Of a stretch of DNA of 64,000 bases, positions 39,461 to 48,026 are shown piece after piece; the first letter of the stretch is position 1; each line of letters starts with the position of its first letter. The notes beneath the pieces are model-generated. The model did not search any database. It was given only the letters and a program-made list of their open reading frames with translations, and was not told the DNA's origin. The translations under genes were made by a program, and so were the position numbers. Location of the stretch: positions 3,552,001 to 3,616,000 of the forward strand of contig OZ242029.1 of assembly GCA_965205015.1 (NCBI GenBank), in the 5' to 3' direction. Source of the stretch: Candidatus Poribacteria bacterium (GTDB lineage Bacteria; Poribacteria; WGA-4E; WGA-3G).

Positions 39461-40279
39461 ATGAATACTGCTCTTGTGTTCAGATTAATGGTGGTGGGTT
39501 TGATGCTGATAGGGGCAGTGGTGGTAAGCCACGCGCAGAGTGTTAGTGAGGAAGAACTCATCATCTACTACACTTTTAACGAAGATACTCTTAAGAAGGA
39601 TGATGTCTTAGACGTTTCTGGCAATGGAAATGATGGCTTCCTACACGGTAACGATTTAAAAATTGTGAAAGGCAAAGTCGGAGAGTGTATGGAGTTTCCG
39701 GGCAACGCGACCCAATATATTTCAGTGCGGGAACACATGTATGAGGATCCGATTAAAGAGATTACCCTCGCTGCTTGGACGAAGACTGACGTGAGAGGGA
39801 TGATTGCTTCTTGGGATAGAAGTGAATTCTTCCGTTTCGCTGTGGGGGATGACGTGGGTGGAAATGCGGCGACTACTTTTGTCGCTTTTGACAACTGTTG
39901 TCCGATCCACGATTGGTTCGGTAAAACGGATGTTGCGGATGACAAGTGGCACCATCTTGTCGCAACGTTTGATGGGAAAGAGAAACGCATCTACGTTGAT
40001 GGCGAGTTAGATGAAAAAATCGGTGCCCCGACGAAAGTCATTGGGGCTGGCGCGGCACGATTTGGGTTCATTGGCATCGGTTCAGAAGCCGCCGCATTTG
40101 ATGCAGCCGTGGGACCTACATGGGCCTTCAACGGACTTATAGATGAGTTTATGTTGTTCCATCGCGCCCTTTCTGAGAAAGAGATTGAACACCTTGCCAA
40201 AGGGCCCGAGAATCCATTTGCGGTCGATCCGGAGGGCAAATTGAGTACCACTTGGGGGTACATTAAAGACATCCAATAG
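39461..40279 (+). CDS. Secreted LamG/concanavalin-A-like protein with C-terminal AVxPxGKLxTTWGxIK motif
   Basis: SD GAAGGAG; signal peptide; DVSGNGNDG, WHHLVATFDG, IYVDG, FNGLIDE; ends AVDPEGKLSTTWGYIKDIQ. Confidence 0.9.
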   Translation: MNTALVFRLMVVGLMLIGAVVVSHAQSVSEEELIIYYTFNEDTLKKDDVLDVSGNGNDGFLHGNDLKIVKGKVGECMEFPGNATQYISVREHMYEDPIKEITLAAWTKTDVRGMIASWDRSEFFRFAVGDDVGGNAATTFVAFDNCCPIHDWFGKTDVADDKWHHLVATFDGKEKRIYVDGELDEKIGAPTKVIGAGAARFGFIGIGSEAAAFDAAVGPTWAFNGLIDEFMLFHRALSEKEIEHLAKGPENPFAVDPEGKLSTTWGYIKDIQ

Positions 40280-40294
40280 AAGTAGAAAGTTAGC

Positions 40295-40323
40295 GGGCGG
40301 CCTTACAGTGCCGCCCATTTTTT
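40295..40323 (+). terminator. Intrinsic terminator
   Basis: GGGCGGC-cttacagt-GCCGCCC followed by ATTTTTT. Confidence 0.75.
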
Positions 40324-40342
40324 ATGATTTCTGAACAGTGGT

Positions 40343-41116
40343 TTAGGCATCAGCTGCTGCGAGTGCTTGTTGAACACCGGGCCATTCCTTCCAGATATCG
40401 GTGTAAGCCTCATACCCATTTTCCTCACAATCAACGTGCCGCAGCCGGAAAATAACAGCATAACGGATATCAGATGCGGCATTTGGTGCCGCAGTGTGAA
40501 CGAGCTGGTGATGTGTCAGGACCACATCTCCTGCTTTCCCGACTATCTGTTTTGGTCCCTCCGGTAGTTCTGTCCTCGGCATTCCGTCAGCCAGAATCTC
40601 ATGTCCTTCCTTTTTGAAATAATCGGCGAAGAAACTGTGCGATTTCGGCCAAACGGTGAAGTTCCCGCTATACGGTTCGGGAACATCGGCGAGATAAATC
40701 ACAGCGAGTGCGGTGAATCCACGTCGATACACCCCTTTTGCCATTCCGTTTTTACCGCTTCCCAACCCGTCAAGGTGCCCGTGCGGTTCATTTGGATCCA
40801 CGTGCAATGGACCCGGAAAACGGAGTGCTATCTGTCCTGAGCTCGGCGTTTGAACGTTCCCTTCACCCATCAATGATTCGGAAAGTTTGAGGATCGGTGT
40901 TTTATTGAAAAGATCGACGATTGCGGACGCTTCGCGGATTTCGCTGCAGTAGGATTGCGCTCGATAGCGCTCTAAGTCTCCTTCGTTCATACCAACAGAG
41001 CCGATGGAGTGATTAATCGCCTGCCGCGCCGCGTCTATCATCAGTCGCGGTACAACACCGGGGATAGAAATATAACCGTTTTCATGAAACTCTAACTTCT
41101 GTTTACGACTGAGCAT
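40343..41116 (-). CDS. PhyH-family dioxygenase
   Basis: GGAG SD before ATG 41116; FHENGY, GHLD, GNFTVWPKSH, VHTAAPN..R. Confidence 0.85.
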   Translation of the reverse strand: MLSRKQKLEFHENGYISIPGVVPRLMIDAARQAINHSIGSVGMNEGDLERYRAQSYCSEIREASAIVDLFNKTPILKLSESLMGEGNVQTPSSGQIALRFPGPLHVDPNEPHGHLDGLGSGKNGMAKGVYRRGFTALAVIYLADVPEPYSGNFTVWPKSHSFFADYFKKEGHEILADGMPRTELPEGPKQIVGKAGDVVLTHHQLVHTAAPNAASDIRYAVIFRLRHVDCEENGYEAYTDIWKEWPGVQQALAAADA

Positions 41117-41242
41117 ATAGGTTTCTCCATTTTGCGGGCGTGAGAGCGTCCTACCCACTCAAAGTTTAGAATGTGTTAATTATAGCATACCTAACGTTGA
41201 TTCCCCAAATATTATTATCGGCATATCTACGATCATGACGCA

Positions 41243-41971
41243 TTAATGCGTGAGGGCATAGACAACCGCATTGATCCCCATCTGCAATGCGACATTTGAA
41301 TACTCTCGTGGGTAGAGATCCTCTGCGGCATGTTCCCATGCGTCTCCAAGGTCGGTATTGAAGTTGATCATCATCATAAGCCGTCCATTATCGTCATAAA
41401 CCCCGCGGCAGTATGCGGGATAACCGTCGTATCTTTCATAGGTGCGTCCACTAAAAAGGGAGCGAAGTCCGGGAATCTGGATGAGCTTTTCGATTTTGAA
41501 GAAGCATCGGAAGATCGGATGCGATATAGGGATGTCCACCGGCTCTCGTTCTGGGAAAATTTTCTTGAACTCCGCATAAAACCATTTCCATTCGCGTTCG
41601 CCGTGGAAATCATCAATGAAGATAAAACCGCCGCGTAAGAGATAATCACGTAGGTTCTTTGCCTCTTTATAGCTTAACCTGAGGCTCCCTACCTCTAACA
41701 TGTAAGCAAACGGATATTCAAACAACTCCGTCGCACCGACATCAATAATCTTTTCACGCGGATCGGCATCAATATTCGTCTGTTTCCGGAGTTGCCAGAT
41801 AAAGTTCCGGTCGGAGGCGGGCCAATCCACTCGCCAACTGCTGCGCCTCGTAAGTTGACCGCCATACTTTAGACGAACGAAGGTGAATCTGTCCGAATCG
41901 CCCTCCGAATTCGGCAGGATAGTAGATACGGACATCACGATGAAAACGGCTAACAACTGGGTGGTTCGCAT
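41243..41971 (-). CDS. DUF4159-family protein (copy B)
   Basis: FTFVRLKY, DWPASDRNF, YLLRGGFIFIDDF, HPIF, NTDLGDAWE, MGINAVVYALTH. Confidence 0.85.
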   Translation of the reverse strand: MRTTQLLAVFIVMSVSTILPNSEGDSDRFTFVRLKYGGQLTRRSSWRVDWPASDRNFIWQLRKQTNIDADPREKIIDVGATELFEYPFAYMLEVGSLRLSYKEAKNLRDYLLRGGFIFIDDFHGEREWKWFYAEFKKIFPEREPVDIPISHPIFRCFFKIEKLIQIPGLRSLFSGRTYERYDGYPAYCRGVYDDNGRLMMMINFNTDLGDAWEHAAEDLYPREYSNVALQMGINAVVYALTH

Positions 41972-42114
41972 TTTTTCGGGCTTGAAGTAGGTTCAACGCT
42001 TGGCATGAATTTCGTTCCTGAATTCCTGAATTAAAGTGTAACATATAGAACGAATTTAATCTACTTCTAAACCAGATTTGGGAGCGAAGGGCAGGTTGAA
42101 ATGAAGGCATTAGG

Positions 42115-44544
42115 CTAAAAACTATGGGACCAGACTGTCGTAACGTGGATACCTTTGCCGGATTCAAAGGCTCTTGCGATATTGAGTCGAAAAATAGATT
42201 CGCTTTCTCCAAATTGTAAACCGATGCCGATATTCCCTTTCGGATCGAAGGTATATGCCGGACCAGATACATTCCAGACCTGCCCCTCATCAAAGAAAAC
42301 AACAGCAAATGCGTTTTTGAAGAAAAAACTCCAACTGAGTGGTAACAGATTGGATAAACGATGGTGGTATTCGATATTGAGTAGAAACCCCCGGTCTCCT
42401 GAAAACGTGTATGGAGAAGACCTGTGTCCACTTTTATAGGTGATTACACCTTCAGATTCACTTTCCTGTTTTCTCCAAGAATACCCTCTGAGTCCTCCTA
42501 TCCCATCAATGACAAATTGGCGTTGAATTGGGAGCGTCGCGTTGGAAAACCCAAACAGAAACCGAGTTCGGATTCGGTTATCCTGTAGCCGGAAAGCATA
42601 CCGAAGGTGCAACAGCAAGCGTGTGAAATCGAAATCGGAGCCTACGGCGGCGTTACTGTGTTCCATCAGCACGGTATTGTGCCATCCCAAGGAATTTGCT
42701 CGAGTCCTAAAATCGTATTGGAAGGTGAGGCTCCGCATTCGACCGGGACTTATTGGAGGGTTCTCTCTCACCCGGAGGTTTGATGCCCAATTGGCGACAA
42801 ACCAATCCGTGCTTTTCTGCAGACTGGCGTGTGATTCTGTAACCATCGCCAATTTGAACGAGTGGGTCGGCATCACCGGTGCCCACCGCAACGCGATCTC
42901 AGCCCCTTGTCGCAAATAGTAATTTTGGAGGTCGGGTATCCCGATAACACGTTGAGTAATAGATGTATTCTCATTGTAGTTCGGAAACATTTCAGGAGCG
43001 ACTGCCGCTGTGAGTCGATGAATTTGTGCTGTGAGTCCGAAATTCCAGATGTAAGGTTTTCCCCAATTCGCAGTACCTCCCATGCGATAATGGACATGTG
43101 GGTTACCGAACGCATAACTCGCCTTCCCAAAGAGATTTGAAGTTTGATCGGGTGCTGAATTTCTGACGCTCCACGCCCAAAGGGGCCCCAGCTCTTTTCG
43201 TTTTCCAAATTCAAAACCGGTGCCGATTTCCCACCCCGTCACTCGATTAAATCCGAAGCGTATCGGTGGATTGAGACCCAGATAAGCCTTCGAAAGCGGT
43301 TTCTCATCGACAATAATTGTGGCGATGTATTTAGAATTTTCCTCATCGACTTTTAGGTTTACCTCTTCAAAGTAGGGCGTCGCTTTATACAGGGTTTTGA
43401 GTGCTTGTTCGATGTCCTCAGAGCCGTTTTCAAGTATCTGTTGAATCTGTGCTTCGGATATCTTCTGATTCCCTTGGATGCGTATTTCGTCGATAGGGAC
43501 ATCCCCCGCTAAAAATCGTGTACCTACGGCTGGAATTTGCGAATTTGCTTCTTGTGAAATCAGCTTGCTCAATGAATTGTGGACTCGATTAACATCAGAA
43601 CCAGAAATCTTCAGAGATTTCAGCACTGACAGTGTTCGAGTGATAGGAATATCTTCGACAGTGATTATCCCGACGCGTTTGGCACCCTTTTCCTCGACAC
43701 GTAAAGATGCCTTTTTAGAACTATTGACGAGCACGCGTGTAAGAATAGGCATGACCTCAATCATGTCGCCATATCCATTTTCAAGGACCTTCCTGATATT
43801 GGTACCCTCAATTCCATCGGCACCTTGGATTTGAATGTCGTGGATTTGTTCACCATCAAAAGTCCAATTCCATGGCTTTTCAGGTTTTTGGGTTTCTTCA
43901 GCAGTATCGGTGCGTTCGGGGTGTTTTTGCTTGGGGGTCTCCACTTCTATAGGCGTTGGTGTTGGCTCGGGAACTTCAGGTGTTGGCAGCGGTGGCGGGG
44001 GCGCGATTTCCAGATCGCGAGGTTTGACCGACATGAGTTCAGGAATCTCAATACCGAGTTGATGAAGATTGAGTAACACGCCACCGAGCTGCCGTTTCGG
44101 GATCTCACCAACGATATTTATGAGATACACATCGTCGCCACTTTTAACAATAACAAAAACGCCTTGAAGGGTCTCATTTATTTCGAGGGTGTAGAGATGC
44201 AAATTGTCATCTTCGACATCGCCTTGAAAAGGTTGTCCCAATACGTTCCAGCTGCGCTTTTTTAGAACTTCTCCGTAATATTGAACGACTTCCTTAAGAT
44301 TGACGGACCGACTTCGGTAACTGCGGAGATGTAAGTTCTCTATAGTGTTAAACAGTGGTGCAATATTGGAAGTCGGATCCTCCATCACAAGGGCAATGAC
44401 ACGCTTGTCCAAATCAAACTGGAATTCAGATGATGGTAGGCTTGGACAATCGAAGGCGACAGTGCCGTTATTGGGCTGTGATTGTGCTGCGGGGTTAATG
44501 AGAAGCAGAAATGCTATGAATGCGTTTGTAATCGTATATTTCAT
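42115..44544 (-). CDS. Omp85/BamA-like outer-membrane protein: DUF4252-like N-domain, two POTRA-like segments, beta-barrel (copy B)
   Basis: Signal peptide from ATG 44544 (track start 44649 lies in a repeat); YLINIVGEIP; IDEIRIQGNQKIS; FNRVTG; GGLRGY; FFDEGQVW; C-terminal Phe. Confidence 0.75.
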   Translation of the reverse strand: MKYTITNAFIAFLLLINPAAQSQPNNGTVAFDCPSLPSSEFQFDLDKRVIALVMEDPTSNIAPLFNTIENLHLRSYRSRSVNLKEVVQYYGEVLKKRSWNVLGQPFQGDVEDDNLHLYTLEINETLQGVFVIVKSGDDVYLINIVGEIPKRQLGGVLLNLHQLGIEIPELMSVKPRDLEIAPPPPLPTPEVPEPTPTPIEVETPKQKHPERTDTAEETQKPEKPWNWTFDGEQIHDIQIQGADGIEGTNIRKVLENGYGDMIEVMPILTRVLVNSSKKASLRVEEKGAKRVGIITVEDIPITRTLSVLKSLKISGSDVNRVHNSLSKLISQEANSQIPAVGTRFLAGDVPIDEIRIQGNQKISEAQIQQILENGSEDIEQALKTLYKATPYFEEVNLKVDEENSKYIATIIVDEKPLSKAYLGLNPPIRFGFNRVTGWEIGTGFEFGKRKELGPLWAWSVRNSAPDQTSNLFGKASYAFGNPHVHYRMGGTANWGKPYIWNFGLTAQIHRLTAAVAPEMFPNYNENTSITQRVIGIPDLQNYYLRQGAEIALRWAPVMPTHSFKLAMVTESHASLQKSTDWFVANWASNLRVRENPPISPGRMRSLTFQYDFRTRANSLGWHNTVLMEHSNAAVGSDFDFTRLLLHLRYAFRLQDNRIRTRFLFGFSNATLPIQRQFVIDGIGGLRGYSWRKQESESEGVITYKSGHRSSPYTFSGDRGFLLNIEYHHRLSNLLPLSWSFFFKNAFAVVFFDEGQVWNVSGPAYTFDPKGNIGIGLQFGESESIFRLNIARAFESGKGIHVTTVWSHSF

Positions 44545-44670
44545 CTTTTTAATTTTCCCTTGCGGAGAAACAACGTGAATTTGAAACTTTGATGTTCCTT
44601 CCTTAAATCCGCTCTCCACTTCGTTACGAGCTACGGTTTTTGGTTTCATTTTCTAATTTACCTTGCTGGG
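44545..44670. repeat. Dispersed ~105-bp-period repeat (TAATTT..CCTTGC family)
   Basis: Motif copies at 44550 and 44654; internal ccgctctccacttcgttacgagctacggtttttgg shared with 56759-56792. Confidence 0.7.
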
Positions 44671-44731
44671 GTGCATTCCTCAAGAGTTCCTCCACTACTT
44701 ATGGGAAACCTGGTTTTCGCGTTAGATCCCT

Positions 44732-45901
44732 TCAGTGTGTGTTGTCAATGTTCTTCAGGCGTTGTTGTAGTTTTCTCAATGCGTCTGGAATGCGAGGTTT
44801 GCCGGGGTGATAGATAACTTCGGGTGGCACAATCTTTCCGAGCATATATTCCTCCGTGTGCCACTCGAATGTGGGGATTCCTACTGAAACGGAACGCTTC
44901 GTCTCGGAATAAGGTTCATTCGGGGGGGCGTAGTACCATTGTAGCGCGATAAAGTATCGGGGTCCTTGGAAATATTGAATCTCAACGGGATATATACCTT
45001 TTGAGAGCGTTATGCTGCCCCCTTTCCCCTTCGTGTGAACGCCATCGTTATCTACGACGAGCCGCCCATCGATATAGAGTTTTGCACCGTCATCTGAGTA
45101 AAGCCCGAAACGGTACAACCCGGGTGTGTCAATTGCTAACTTCCCTCGGAAGCGAATGGCAAAATCCTCAATAACAGATTGCATTTTTGGTGTCGGAAAT
45201 CCCTCGGTGTAGTCTCGTTTAGGGATGTCTAAGTTTGGGGTAACAAAAGTATAAATAGGTGTCAGACGGTCGAAATCCGGCATCCGGTGGATCTGACCGC
45301 CAGGGACGTAGACTTCACCAATTAATCCGTGTCCAGGCATCACATCTGTACCGAAAATACCGAGTCCTTCATCTATATTATCAAGCGTCGCAAGACCGAC
45401 CTCTGACGCGCCTGTTCCTTTTGCAAAGTGTTTTCCGTTCCCATATCCGCCGGTCCCACGTCCACGGTGCCCAGGTCCACCAACCCCGGTGCCCCGCTGT
45501 CCCTCAGCGACAACGGGACCTGCGAGCGTTCCATCCTCCCCAAAACTGGCATTGGAGACAGAACTCGGAGCGTCTGCTTGGGGGAGATCGGCGTGCGTAA
45601 CGACATCCGGAATTACATCAGCCTGAACGGGTGCTTTCGGAACGGTTACCTCTGGGGCATACGTCGGTGAAGCAGGGGAAGCGGGGGCTGCTTCCGTCTC
45701 ACTCACTTGGGGGACCACAGGGGTGCGGGACGGTAAAATCCGTTGTCTCACTTGCTGCTCGGATTCTGGCTCCAATATCTCGGCGGATATGCTCTCTTTC
45801 TCTACATGGAAATGATTCACAAGAAACGGTGAGATCGCCAACATTGCCGCGATATGGAGGGCAAAGGATATCAATAAGGCACGGTTTGTGTGTCTTCGCA
45901 T
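44732..45901 (-). CDS. Membrane-anchored PA14-domain protein with TonB-like anchor (copy B)
   Basis: MRRHTNRALLISFALH; Pro/Ala-rich linker; HGLIG, FAIRFRG, SDDGAKLYID, DNDGVH, QYFQGP. Confidence 0.85.
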   Translation of the reverse strand: MRRHTNRALLISFALHIAAMLAISPFLVNHFHVEKESISAEILEPESEQQVRQRILPSRTPVVPQVSETEAAPASPASPTYAPEVTVPKAPVQADVIPDVVTHADLPQADAPSSVSNASFGEDGTLAGPVVAEGQRGTGVGGPGHRGRGTGGYGNGKHFAKGTGASEVGLATLDNIDEGLGIFGTDVMPGHGLIGEVYVPGGQIHRMPDFDRLTPIYTFVTPNLDIPKRDYTEGFPTPKMQSVIEDFAIRFRGKLAIDTPGLYRFGLYSDDGAKLYIDGRLVVDNDGVHTKGKGGSITLSKGIYPVEIQYFQGPRYFIALQWYYAPPNEPYSETKRSVSVGIPTFEWHTEEYMLGKIVPPEVIYHPGKPRIPDALRKLQQRLKNIDNTH

Positions 45902-45902
45902 T

Positions 45903-47078
45903 TTATTGTATTTTCTCCATTTGTTCAAGCCGTTGCTGTAGTTTCTTCAGGGCATCCGGCACGCGCGCCTTGCCCGGGCGATAGATAACTTCAGGCGGCA
46001 CAATCTGTCTATGGGCATCTGGCGGTTGATAGAACCATTGAAGTGCGATTTCATACTTGGGACCTTGAAAGTATTGGATTTCAAACGGATGTGTCCCGGC
46101 TGCGAGTTCTATGCTTCCCGGTTTACCCATTGTCACGAAATGTTTACCACTGATTTCCCACGAGAGTAGGACCCCTCCGAGATCCTTACGCCCCTTATTG
46201 CGCGTTATTCCATGAATTCCGTCATTATCAATAACGAGGGTGTCGTCAATGTATAACTTTGAGCCATCATCCGATAAGAGCCAGAAAGTGTAGATACCGG
46301 GTGTATCCACAGCCAATACACCGCGGAAACGCACCGCGAAATTTTCAACAACAGTCTGCATCTCTGGCGTCGGAAACCCCTTCGTATATTCTCTGATAGC
46401 GACATCTAAATTCGCCGTAATAAAGGTGTAGATCGGTGTCAAAGCCCCGAAATCGGGCATCTGTTCAATTGTGATACCGGGAACATAGACCTGTCCGATT
46501 AATCCGTGTCCAGGCATCACGTCTGTGTCGAAGATGCCGAGTCCTGCATCTACAGTCTCAAGCGTTGCGAGTCCGACATCCGATGCGTCTGTTCCGTGCG
46601 TAAGGTGTTTTCCGCTCCCATATCCGCCGGTTCCACGTCCCGCGCGTCCAGGTTCGCCAACCCCGGTGCCTCGCTGTCCCTCAATTACAACGGGACCTGC
46701 GAGTTCGCCATCTTCACCAAAACTGGCGTTGGAAACGGGACTCGGCGCATCTGATTGTGGAACATCGGCATGTGTAACGAGGTCAGGGGTTAGGTCAGCG
46801 TGGACGGGTGCCTTCGGGACGCTCACTTCTGGTGCGGACGTCGGTGAAGCAGGAGAGGTGGGTGATGCTTCCGGCTCATTCACTTGTGGTACTACAGGTG
46901 TGCGCGGCGGCAAAACCCGTCGTCTCACTCGTTGCTCGGATTCCGGTTCCAATATCTCAGCGGATATGCTCTCTTTCTCTACAGTAAAATGATTCACAAG
47001 CAACGGTGAGAGTGCTAACATCGCCACGATATGGAGCGCAAAGGATATCAATAAGGCACGATTTGTGTGTCCTCGCAT
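45903..47078 (-). CDS. Membrane-anchored PA14-domain protein with TonB-like anchor (copy A)
   Basis: Tandem paralogue of 44732-45901; SDDGSKLYID, DNDGIH; alternative start at 47093. Confidence 0.85.
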   Translation of the reverse strand: MRGHTNRALLISFALHIVAMLALSPLLVNHFTVEKESISAEILEPESEQRVRRRVLPPRTPVVPQVNEPEASPTSPASPTSAPEVSVPKAPVHADLTPDLVTHADVPQSDAPSPVSNASFGEDGELAGPVVIEGQRGTGVGEPGRAGRGTGGYGSGKHLTHGTDASDVGLATLETVDAGLGIFDTDVMPGHGLIGQVYVPGITIEQMPDFGALTPIYTFITANLDVAIREYTKGFPTPEMQTVVENFAVRFRGVLAVDTPGIYTFWLLSDDGSKLYIDDTLVIDNDGIHGITRNKGRKDLGGVLLSWEISGKHFVTMGKPGSIELAAGTHPFEIQYFQGPKYEIALQWFYQPPDAHRQIVPPEVIYRPGKARVPDALKKLQQRLEQMEKIQ

Positions 47079-47226
47079 ATTGTTGTTCCTCATGCGTTTG
47101 AGACGGGGCGTTCACAAAAGCGTCGGGATTCGGAGATCCCTCCTACAAATATGTCCGTTACATTACTACAAACGAGTTTCCAAAAAGTTGCATGTTTTTC
47201 CAAATTATCTCATATTATAAACATTT

Positions 47227-48009
47227 TTAGTGCGTGAGCGAATAGATAACGGCGTTGATTCCCATTTTGAATGCCATATCCGAATACGCGTTCGGATAAA
47301 ACGCCTCGGCGGCGTGTTCCCATGCGTCTCCCCAATCGGTATTGAGATTAATCATCATCATGAGTCTGCGGTTGTCATCATAGATTCCAAGACACTGCAC
47401 GTGACGGCCGCCATCACTTGCCCTTTCGTAAGTTCTGCCTCTGCGTGCGGCACCTGCTCCGGGAATTTGCATCAATTCATCGATTTGATAAAAACAGTGA
47501 AAAATCGGATGAGAGATCGGAATGTCCTCCGGTTCACGATCCGGGAAGATTTTCTTCAGTTGTTTATGAAATCGTTTCCATGCCTGTCTTCCGTGAAAAT
47601 CGTCGACCAGGATAAAACCACCACGTAGCAGGTATTCCCGTAAATTTCTCGCCTCAGCATCGGTGAATTTCAAACGCTTGACATCTACCATATATCCAAA
47701 CGGGTAATGAAAGAGTTCCTCAGAACCGATATCAACTATCTTTTCTTTTGAACTCACCAAGACATTTGTCTGCTCGCGGAGCTGCAAGATGAAATTCCGG
47801 TCTGAAGCGGGCCAATCTGTATTCCAGTTGTCGTGATGTCCCCGGGATTCCCTATATTTCAAACGAACGAAGGTAAATACGTCAGTTTCGGATGCCTCAA
47901 CATCCGCCGCCGAGGCGAAACGACCTCCGCAAGTGGACGATATTACTAATATTGATACAACATGAAACCAAAAAGATAGTAAAAAAATACGATTTGTGTG
48001 TCGGCGCAT
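47227..48009 (-). CDS. DUF4159-family protein (copy A)
   Basis: Same motifs as 41243-41971; N-terminus MRRHTNRIFLLSFWFH. Confidence 0.85.
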   Translation of the reverse strand: MRRHTNRIFLLSFWFHVVSILVISSTCGGRFASAADVEASETDVFTFVRLKYRESRGHHDNWNTDWPASDRNFILQLREQTNVLVSSKEKIVDIGSEELFHYPFGYMVDVKRLKFTDAEARNLREYLLRGGFILVDDFHGRQAWKRFHKQLKKIFPDREPEDIPISHPIFHCFYQIDELMQIPGAGAARRGRTYERASDGGRHVQCLGIYDDNRRLMMMINLNTDWGDAWEHAAEAFYPNAYSDMAFKMGINAVIYSLTH

Positions 48010-48026
48010 TTCGCTTGTTATCCTGA

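Noticed and set aside
41769-42431. 220-aa ORF bridging barrel B and DUF4159 B as a frameshift fusion
   Set aside because: Both flanking genes are complete (terminal Phe; own signal peptide) and the bridging frame has no motifs.
44545-44649. 35-aa N-terminal extension of barrel B
   Set aside because: It is translated repeat DNA; the paralogue and the signal peptide both start at MKY.
44545-44670. ~105-bp units as a CRISPR mini-array
   Set aside because: Only two degenerate motif copies per locus, the period is too long and no cas genes are present.
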